Shown here piece by piece: positions 57,204 through 64,000 of a stretch of 64,000 nucleotides of DNA. Made by a program: the position numbers and the translations under genes. Each line of letters opens with the position of its first letter. The stretch's first letter is position 1. Origin of the DNA: a virus; IMG/VR virus record IMGVR_UViG_3300034105_003474, positions 1 to 64,000 of that record. The stretch is one strand, 5' to 3'. The notes below the pieces were generated by a model. The model did not search any database. It saw only the letters and a program-made list of their open reading frames with translations, and was not told the DNA's origin.

Positions 57204-57520
57204 TTTGTTTCTGTTTCTGTGTGGTGGTGGATCATGTTGAGGCAGGTGAGGTAGCCGATTGTGTCTAGGAGTGTGTCGTGGTGTAGGTGTCCTTGGTCTA
57301 GGTTGGTTCGTAGTCTTGCGAGTTTGACGGAGACCATGAAGAGTATTGCGTCGTTTATGGTGAGTTGTTTTCCTGTGAGTGTTTGGAAGATGTTGATGAC
57401 TTTTGTGTAGTCGTCTTTTGGGTGTCCGTATGTGTTTTGGCGGTCTTGGTTGACGATTTTGTAGGCTTCTTGGAGGATTTCGGTTCCGGGTGTGGGCGTA
57501 TTTTTTGGTGTGGTGTTCAT
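57200..57520 (-). CDS. DUF6378 family protein
   Basis: IL.EA..IV..DRQ..YG.P, M...KLAR, H.D...D.IGY. Confidence 0.85.
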   Translation of the reverse strand: MNTTPKNTPTPGTEILQEAYKIVNQDRQNTYGHPKDDYTKVINIFQTLTGKQLTINDAILFMVSVKLARLRTNLDQGHLHHDTLLDTIGYLTCLNMIHHHTETETK

Positions 57521-57591
57521 ATCGTTTTAGTTTATCTGTTGTGGGACTGTTGGGGTGGTTTATAAAAAATTTGCGCGGCGGTCAGAGGTTT

Positions 57592-58125
57592 TTAGAGGTG
57601 TACGAGTTGGTGTTCTTTTAGGGTGAGTCGTGGTCCGTAGCCGTAGTCGGTTTTTTGGGCGTTTGTAAAGAAGTTTTGGCGGGTTGTTCCACCGATTATT
57701 TGGAACTGTGTGTTTGTCCCTATGTTTTCCCATTGGGCTTTGGGCTGGTTGCACCATACGACTATGCATTGTTCTGTGTCGGGTTTCCATAAACCGTATT
57801 TGCAGTGTTCAGGGTCGTTGATTATCAGGTCTTTTTGTGATGATGTTTTGATCTCAGTTTTTTTGTTGTTTATGGTGGTGTCAAAGCCGTTGTCTGCACC
57901 TACATAGATTTCCCAATCTATTTGCGTGTTGTAGTAGCGGGAGATGATTACTTCTCCTGCTTTGCCGAGCATGATGATGCCTTTTTCTGTAGCGTTTTTT
58001 GTGTATTTGCGGTCGGTTACTTGGTGTTCGTTTTTGTTTGCTTTACAGATGTCTGTGAATCTGCGTAGTTGTAGTACTTCTCTTGCGGTGAGTTGCATCA
58101 ACGGATATTTTTTGTCGGGTTGCAT
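57592..58125 (-). CDS. PD-(D/E)XK nuclease-like protein
   Basis: G..GE...D.GFD.....EIKT. Confidence 0.5.
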   Translation of the reverse strand: MQPDKKYPLMQLTAREVLQLRRFTDICKANKNEHQVTDRKYTKNATEKGIIMLGKAGEVIISRYYNTQIDWEIYVGADNGFDTTINNKKTEIKTSSQKDLIINDPEHCKYGLWKPDTEQCIVVWCNQPKAQWENIGTNTQFQIIGGTTRQNFFTNAQKTDYGYGPRLTLKEHQLVHL

Positions 58126-58136
58126 GTTGTTTTAGT

Positions 58137-58655
58137 TTATCTAGCGTGGGACTGTTTTTGTTGTCTGTATCTTTTTTGATATTCGCGGTCGTATGCCAAT
58201 ATTTTTTCGCGTTTCTCAGGGTTTGCCCTGTTGGTTTTCCTGCTTATTCTGATGCATTCTCTACAGATCCGTTGTTTTGTGCCGTCGGCGTTTGTTCTTG
58301 AAAATATGTTTTCGGGTGTGAATTCGTGTCCTTTGCGACAGTGTGTTTGTTGACGGTTGGTAGAACCGTGTCTGTCTTTCTTGAACATGTCTTTCATGTT
58401 GTCACTGGAGGTTCCTGCCCATAGGTGGTCTGGGTTGACGCATTGGGGGTTGTCGCAGGTGTGGCAGATGATCAGTCCGTCAGGTATTTCGCCTTTGTGC
58501 AGTATGTAACTGAGTCTGTGGGCGCTGGTGCCTTTGCCGTTGTACGACATTGCTCCGTATCCTTTAGAGTTTTTTGCTCCTGTCCATAGCCAACAGGTGT
58601 CTGTTTTTTCTACTTTTTGGTTGAACCGTTCTAGATATGTCATATGTTTTGCCAT
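58137..58655 (-). CDS. HNH (HNH_3) homing endonuclease
   Basis: [27 protein letters not shown]; THC..GH second Zn module. Confidence 0.9.
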   Translation of the reverse strand: MAKHMTYLERFNQKVEKTDTCWLWTGAKNSKGYGAMSYNGKGTSAHRLSYILHKGEIPDGLIICHTCDNPQCVNPDHLWAGTSSDNMKDMFKKDRHGSTNRQQTHCRKGHEFTPENIFSRTNADGTKQRICRECIRISRKTNRANPEKREKILAYDREYQKRYRQQKQSHAR

Positions 58656-58667
58656 GATTTTTTTAGT

Positions 58668-59387
58668 TTATCTAGTTGCGGACTCTTTTGCTATAGCAAT
58701 ATATTTTTCGTCTATATCGTATCCGATATATCGTCTGCCTAGTTTGTGGGCTGTTGTTGTCGTTGTTCCTATACCGTTGAAGGGGTCTAGGACGATGTCA
58801 TCGGGTTGTGTTGTGAGTAGGACACAGTTTTCTACTAGTTGCGCAGGGAATGGTGCGGGATGGATGGTTTGCCGTTGCGGGGAGATGTCCCATATTTCGC
58901 CAAGGTATTTGGGGTCTATGTTCCCACGGAATGTTTTCGGCTTGTCTTTGGACAACCAATAGATGTGTTCTGTGTTTGGTAGCAGATGGTCTTTGCGTAT
59001 GTTCGGACTGTTTTTACGGTTCCAAATGATCAGTTGATATATGTGTGCTTTTGTTTTGTGTATGAATTCTGTTGGTAGTCGTGCTTGGTTGTTGTGTCGG
59101 CGGGGTTTATGGTTGAAAAAGATTGATCCGTCTGGTGTGATGACTCGGTGTAGTTCGTTGATTACTTCTATCATCCACTCTTGATATATTTTTTCTGGCA
59201 TGTTGTCGTGATATTCGTTGTAATCAATATTGTGTTTCTGCCAGATTTGATTGCTGTTTTGTGTTTTGCCGTTTTGGATACCTTTTTTGTTGTATGGCGG
59301 TGAGGTAACAACGGTGTTTATTGTGTTGTCGGGTATTTGTTGGAGTTCTCGTAGGGCGTCCCCACATTTTATAAAGTTGGTCTCCAC
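58668..59387 (-). CDS. Beta-class N4-C/N6-A DNA methyltransferase
   Basis: TSPPY, HPAPFP, VLDPFNGIGTT. Confidence 0.92.
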   Translation of the reverse strand: METNFIKCGDALRELQQIPDNTINTVVTSPPYNKKGIQNGKTQNSNQIWQKHNIDYNEYHDNMPEKIYQEWMIEVINELHRVITPDGSIFFNHKPRRHNNQARLPTEFIHKTKAHIYQLIIWNRKNSPNIRKDHLLPNTEHIYWLSKDKPKTFRGNIDPKYLGEIWDISPQRQTIHPAPFPAQLVENCVLLTTQPDDIVLDPFNGIGTTTTTAHKLGRRYIGYDIDEKYIAIAKESATR

Positions 59388-59428
59388 GCCGTTTAGTTTA
59401 TACAGGCGGGGACTGTCAGGGTGAACGC

Positions 59429-59920
59429 TTACAGGTTTTGGTTTTTGAGTCTGGTTTCCCAGCCGAGCATCCCGTTTTCTCGTAATGTTTTACGCATTTT
59501 TGCTTCTTCTCGTTCACGATTTCTGCGTCCCACGAAAAGCAATGCGTGTGATCCGCTCATCGTGATTGCGTAAATGTTTTTTGTTTGACGGTTGGGAGGA
59601 TTCGGGTGGTCTGACTTTATGAGATATCCAAGTTTTGTCAGGTAGCCAAGTGATTCGTTGATGCGCCCTGAGTCATGTTTTTTGAATAAAAATTCTTGGT
59701 AGTCAGTTACTGAGAAGTCGCGACTTTTTCGGAATTGCGCATAGGTGAGGATGCGGTGCGACAGTGTTCCATATTTAAGATACTTTGAAGGGTTGGTTAA
59801 CGGTGTGTCTTCTATGCCTAATTGCCTCAGTGATTTTCGCCCTTGCGATGCAGGCTTTTTACGATTTTTTCGTGTGTCTATTCTTTTCGGCTTTTGAGGT
59901 GTGTTGTTCATCGCCGTCAA
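59429..59920 (-). CDS. Winged-helix-like hypothetical protein
   Basis: L..L.KLGYL....Y.IT..G. Confidence 0.5.
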   Translation of the reverse strand: MTAMNNTPQKPKRIDTRKNRKKPASQGRKSLRQLGIEDTPLTNPSKYLKYGTLSHRILTYAQFRKSRDFSVTDYQEFLFKKHDSGRINESLGYLTKLGYLIKSDHPNPPNRQTKNIYAITMSGSHALLFVGRRNREREEAKMRKTLRENGMLGWETRLKNQNL

Positions 59921-59948
59921 GTTATCGCGGTGGTAGGGTTTTCGCTAT

Positions 59949-60215
59949 ATGAAACGACAAAAACCTGCACCTAAAAAAATAAATCCGAATAGTGCAAAAT
60001 TGAATCAGGTTCGGTTGTCAGGTGAAATAAAATTTCCTAAAGAATTTGTTCCTTGGCATGTGCGCAGAGGTACGACAGAGTTTGAGTTAAGAGAATTGTT
60101 GTGTGATGCACGAGATCAGTTTTTTGATCGTGATGCAATAATCATTTTAGACTTGTTGGAAAAGCACTCTGTGAACGACCTATTTGTTGAAGGTCTTTTG
60201 GTACTGAAAGATTAA
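59949..60215 (+). CDS. Hypothetical protein
   Basis: ORF only. Confidence 0.4.
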   Translation: MKRQKPAPKKINPNSAKLNQVRLSGEIKFPKEFVPWHVRRGTTEFELRELLCDARDQFFDRDAIIILDLLEKHSVNDLFVEGLLVLKD

Positions 60216-60989
60216 CTAATAGTTGGCGTGTGCGTCAACAAAGTTAAGTACTCGTTCTGCTGTGGTTTCACCGTCTGTGCCGGGGTCAGATTTGAGCCAG
60301 CGGATGAAGTCATACCATTTGCGTTGCTGATCTGCTGAGTCAAACACGAGCGTGTATTGGACGATTGTCTTACTGCCGTTAGAAACCACTGCTGGAGCGC
60401 CCTGTGTGACCGCCTGATGCGTATCCGTGCCTTCTGGTGCGGTGAGTTTTGTTTCACCGTTTTCCATAAGCGTTGATATTGCTGTCGGATTACTCGGCTC
60501 ATCTGATAAGAGTGGGAATATTGGTTGGATAACTGGTGCAACATATGGTGCGTTATCTTCATGCAGATAGTCGCCTTCCATACCTGCGAGTTCTATTTCA
60601 TCCCAACCCAAGGCGTCAATCAGGTCGTCGTATTCTTCGCCTACTTCTTCAAGAAGTTCAAACAACATATCGCTGTCTGTTGTGCCAAGTTCATTTGTTC
60701 GGTTATCTGCCAAAGCGTATGCGATTGCACTAGAAATATCGCCCTCAAATTTTACGCAGGCAATTGTTTCCCAACCAAGTTTTTTAGCGGCTTCATATTG
60801 GTGATTTCCTGCAATGATTGTTGATGTTCCGTCGGCATTGTCTTTGATTACGATCGGTTTCACTTGACCGAATTCACGGTACGAAGCAACGATTGCATCA
60901 ATGTTTCCTTTGCGTGGGTTGTTTTCTAGGTGCACAAGTTTTTCTAGCGGTGTCGCTAGATGTTCTATGCTTTTATGAATACCTGACAT
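60216..60989 (-). CDS. ParB/Srx N-terminal domain protein
   Basis: NPR......I..S..EFG...PIV, IIAGNH...AA..LG, LADNR. Confidence 0.85.
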   Translation of the reverse strand: MSGIHKSIEHLATPLEKLVHLENNPRKGNIDAIVASYREFGQVKPIVIKDNADGTSTIIAGNHQYEAAKKLGWETIACVKFEGDISSAIAYALADNRTNELGTTDSDMLFELLEEVGEEYDDLIDALGWDEIELAGMEGDYLHEDNAPYVAPVIQPIFPLLSDEPSNPTAISTLMENGETKLTAPEGTDTHQAVTQGAPAVVSNGSKTIVQYTLVFDSADQQRKWYDFIRWLKSDPGTDGETTAERVLNFVDAHANY

Positions 60990-61334
60990 TTAGGCTCCTG
61001 TTTGTATGCGAACATTGGCATTCAATGTTCTAAGTGCGTCCAAAGATGTTCGCACGGTGAGCAGTTTCTCTCGTTTAGATTTAACTAACGCTTCGCTGAT
61101 CTTATATGAATATGCTTCGTCGGAAAGTTTGTAGTCCGCCCACGCTTCACGCTCTTTGATGCTTCCTTTGGCGGCTAGATATTCTTTAGCCCAATTGCCT
61201 TTCATGAGTGCATCTTTTTTTGCGGCGTCAACAGCAAGGGTTTCAAAGGCTTCTGTTTCTTCTTCAAGAATGCCAAGCAGGCGCATAATCTCTGATTCAA
61301 TTTCTACTTGAGATATTGGTTGTGACCTACCCAT
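60990..61334 (-). CDS. Hypothetical coiled-coil protein (actinophage recombination-associated)
   Basis: L.A.G...EREA.A...L.ALRT..ANVR. Confidence 0.6.
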   Translation of the reverse strand: MGRSQPISQVEIESEIMRLLGILEEETEAFETLAVDAAKKDALMKGNWAKEYLAAKGSIKEREAWADYKLSDEAYSYKISEALVKSKREKLLTVRTSLDALRTLNANVRIQTGA

Positions 61335-61854
61335 GATGTTCTCCTGTTATCGCTGTGAAATCGCATTTTTTGAGCGCTGAAACTTGGTCTGTATTCCACT
61401 CGTATTGGGATAGTCCTAGGTATGTGAGCGTCATTTGTTCAAGGATCCAAGCGTCACATCTGTCGTTGCCGTCTCCACCTGACCAGATTATCCCCGTTTT
61501 CGCAGAGATTGCTGACATTACTTCTGATTTACCTGAGTTTCCTTTTCCTGTAGCAAATTTGGCTCTACAGGTTGGGGGTATGACCACTACTGGCACGCCT
61601 AGTTCGCGTAACGCGACTCTTACAACGCCTCCGAGTTCTCCTATGGAATGGGCTTGCGAATGTCGCGAGGCATACGAGTAGCCCTCTATCGCGACTATTT
61701 GAACACCAGCCTCTTGGGCTAGAGCCAAGATCTCGTTTCTTATCTCTAGGAGTCGTTCGGATCCTTTGTTTTTGGATCGGATGCTTGTTGTTAGACCGCC
61801 AATACTCACACCCGTGCTGGTCAGGGAAAGGTCTAAACCCATTATTTTTGTCAC
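61327..61854 (-). CDS. ruvC: RuvC-like Holliday junction resolvase
   Basis: GLDLSLTSTG, IEG, EL.G, ATGKGN..K, DA. Confidence 0.85.
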   Translation of the reverse strand: MTKIMGLDLSLTSTGVSIGGLTTSIRSKNKGSERLLEIRNEILALAQEAGVQIVAIEGYSYASRHSQAHSIGELGGVVRVALRELGVPVVVIPPTCRAKFATGKGNSGKSEVMSAISAKTGIIWSGGDGNDRCDAWILEQMTLTYLGLSQYEWNTDQVSALKKCDFTAITGEHHG

Positions 61855-61896
61855 ATTTTTAAGGTTACTACAGTTTATTTGCACTAATATCTGTAT

Positions 61897-62331
61897 GTGG
61901 TAAACAAAAAGTCTGCACCCCAAAAGAATATTGTTTCCATAGAAAAACAAGGTGGCTGGGGAGATGTTTCCTACTACCACAAACTTGAATGCGGTCATAT
62001 AGAAATTAGGAAAAGGGCTTCCACTGCACCTAAGATTGCTTGCACTTGGTGCGTCATTGGCGAGCAAAAAGGAAAAGAACTTAGAGCGTTAACACTTGTA
62101 CAACCACCAACACTTGAGGAGGTGTGGGACTTTTATGATGAAACAACATCAGAGGAGGTTGATGTTGCAAAACTTCGTGCGGGTGTTGCGAATGCCGTAG
62201 GGTGTGCGCAGGAAAGTGTTGAAGTAATTTCTGTCGTTGATGAGGACAATGTGCTTCGTGTCAGTTATGTGACAGTTTTCCTAGATTTTGAAACAGCAAA
62301 AAGAATTGCCGAGAAGAACAAAAATATTTAA
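61897..62331 (+). CDS. Zn-ribbon hypothetical protein
   Basis: LECGH...C.WC. Confidence 0.55.
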   Translation: MVNKKSAPQKNIVSIEKQGGWGDVSYYHKLECGHIEIRKRASTAPKIACTWCVIGEQKGKELRALTLVQPPTLEEVWDFYDETTSEEVDVAKLRAGVANAVGCAQESVEVISVVDEDNVLRVSYVTVFLDFETAKRIAEKNKNI

Positions 62332-62390
62332 CTCTGCGCCGATTTTCCTTGTAGTCTGATGCAGGTTATACACAGTTTGCGAGGGGCAAC

Positions 62391-62762
62391 ATGATTGACG
62401 CAAGTGACATCAAAAATTTTTTTGATACCGAAAAAGCAAATTGCAGGGGCAAAAACATTGTCATGTTTTATCCCAATCATTCACCAACCGATCGTCTTGG
62501 TAGAGAAAACGCTAGCAATGCTATACAGATTTGTTCGGAGTGTGAAGTTGTAGAAGGATGCTTGGATTATGCTTTGCATTATGAACCGCTTGGTTTTTGG
62601 GGCGGTAAGACAGAAGTTGAAAGAGAAGTTTTGAGAAGAGTTAGAGGTATCCATTTACCACCAGAGCGACAACCGTCTGACTCTATTCGTCGTTCCTCTA
62701 GGCGTGGTTTTATTAACAGTCAGGTACGAAAGAGTTTGAGTTCAATAAAAAATGAGCAGTAG
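62391..62762 (+). CDS. whiB: WhiB-family transcription factor (second)
   Basis: ANC, ICSECEVVEGCLDYAL, GFWGG....R. Confidence 0.9.
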   Translation: MIDASDIKNFFDTEKANCRGKNIVMFYPNHSPTDRLGRENASNAIQICSECEVVEGCLDYALHYEPLGFWGGKTEVEREVLRRVRGIHLPPERQPSDSIRRSSRRGFINSQVRKSLSSIKNEQ

Positions 62763-64000
62763 TCACCTTCCGCATGTAGATAATTTTTTGTCTCGCTTGA
62801 AAGGTGTTCGCCCAACAAACAATGGTTGGGATGCACGATGCCCATGTCGGAATGATGACGAAAACCCTTCTCTTTCTGTGGGTATTGGTGCGGAGGACAA
62901 AGTATTAGTTGCGTGTCATCGTGGTCAAGGTTGCTCCGTGGTGGAGATCTGTCAGTCTGTTGGTTTGAAAGTTGTGGACTTGTATCCTCCGCAAAAAGAG
63001 GAACGAAAACTAACTCTGATTGCAACATACGATTACCGTGATGAGAACGGGATTCTATTGTTTCAGAAACAGCGTTTCGTTGACCAAAATGGCAAGAAAA
63101 CTTTTAGACAGAGACGACCTGATCCAAGCGGTAATGGCAAATGGATTTTTTCTTTAGATAACACACCAAAAATTCTTTATCGTCTTCCGCAGGTTCTTGA
63201 AGCGAAGCGCAATGGTGAAGTGATTTGGCTGGTTGAGGGCGAGAAAGACGCTGACGCAGTTTTCGCTCAAGGCATGGTTGCTACAACCCCACCGAACGGC
63301 GCTGGGAAATGGCTTGACATTCATTCTCGCGCACTTGAGGGTGCAACAGTTTTCATTGTTGCAGATAATGACGAAGTTGGCAGAGAACACGCGATAAGCG
63401 TTGGCGATGTTCTTTCTAGGCATGGTTGTGTTATCAACACATTCGTTCCACCTACGGGCTTTAAAGATGTCTCAGACATGATCAATGCTGGTAGGTCGCT
63501 TGATGATTTGCTTGAACTAGACAGAACGCAACCATCGGCACAAGCAACGGTACATGAAGATGAAGAAGAAGAAATTGAAGCAGTTGTGCAGGCAACTTCA
63601 CCTATTGAATCTTTGACTGAGCAACTTGTAAAAGTTTTATCAAATGAAGATTTGAGTGAGTCAACAAGAATCAACAGGGCATCCATGCTCGTAAATTCTT
63701 TCGGCGTGGAAGATAGAACCGACAAGGGAAGGCTTGTTAATTGGGCTCAACTTGTTTTAGAAGAAGTAGATGATTCGTATGATTGGGTTATTCCGAATGT
63801 TTTAGAACGTGGAGAGCGCGTAATCGTTGTCGCTGCCGAAGGTGTTGGTAAGACAATGCTTGCGAGACAGATCGCTATTTGTAGCGCCTATGGGATACAT
63901 CCTTTTACTATGTCTCGGATGAAGCCAATCAGAACTTTAACGATTGACTTGGAAAACCCTGAAAAGATTATTAAGCGAACATCAGCCAGCATCCATGGAG
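62752..64000 (+). CDS. Primase-helicase (Zn finger, TOPRIM, RecA/AAA_25), truncated at window end
   Basis: Not in ORF track; ARCPC.ND..PSLS, CH, VEGEKDAD, DND..G, KD.SD, AAEGVGKT, IDLEN. Confidence 0.9.
   Translation, partial: MSSSHLPHVDNFLSRLKGVRPTNNGWDARCPCRNDDENPSLSVGIGAEDKVLVACHRGQGCSVVEICQSVGLKVVDLYPPQKEERKLTLIATYDYRDENGILLFQKQRFVDQNGKKTFRQRRPDPSGNGKWIFSLDNTPKILYRLPQVLEAKRNGEVIWLVEGEKDADAVFAQGMVATTPPNGAGKWLDIHSRALEGATVFIVADNDEVGREHAISVGDVLSRHGCVINTFVPPTGFKDVSDMINAGRSLDDLLELDRTQPSAQATVHEDEEEEIEAVVQATSPIESLTEQLVKVLSNEDLSESTRINRASMLVNSFGVEDRTDKGRLVNWAQLVLEEVDDSYDWVIPNVLERGERVIVVAAEGVGKTMLARQIAICSAYGIHPFTMSRMKPIRTLTIDLENPEKIIKRTSASIHG

Noticed and set aside
1-64000. Alternative genetic code, or prophage/host chromosome origin
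   Set aside because: Genes read through normally with all three stops in use; no host housekeeping block or integrase seen

Overview
The window is a 64-kb piece of a large tailed dsDNA phage genome. The host is probably a freshwater actinobacterium: two WhiB genes, an actinobacterial-type SSB and ferredoxin, a Septum_form-like gene and a probable leaderless mRNA point that way. Acidimicrobiia/Ilumatobacteraceae is a guess. Layout: (1) 1-14.8 kb, tail fibre/virion accessory genes in two converging arms, each ending in small Cys-rich CPLGKW proteins and 2OG-Fe(II) oxygenases. (2) 14.9-21.6 kb, a 1351-aa surface protein, lysis genes and a ferredoxin. (3) 21.7-28.2 kb, accessory, regulatory and replication-like genes. 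(4) About 28.2-47 kb, an early-type region of short, mostly minus-strand genes. (5) 47-64 kb, DNA metabolism (SNF2 helicase, DUF932, SSB, HNH, MTase, ParB-like, RuvC, WhiB, truncated primase-helicase). No capsid, terminase, integrase, RT, CRISPR array or full tRNA was seen. The most unusual signals are non-coding and lie in region 4: an oriented 24-bp repeat (10 copies) coupled to helically phased AGYCCCGC half-sites; an ACAC-N8-TANNNT promoter class (11 copies); DnaA boxes and a GATC cluster; and near-total loss of RGCY tetramers. The second candidate system is the fibre plus Pro/Cys-rich protein plus hydroxylase/glycosyltransferase-like module. All family calls come from motif recognition by eye; no searches were run.
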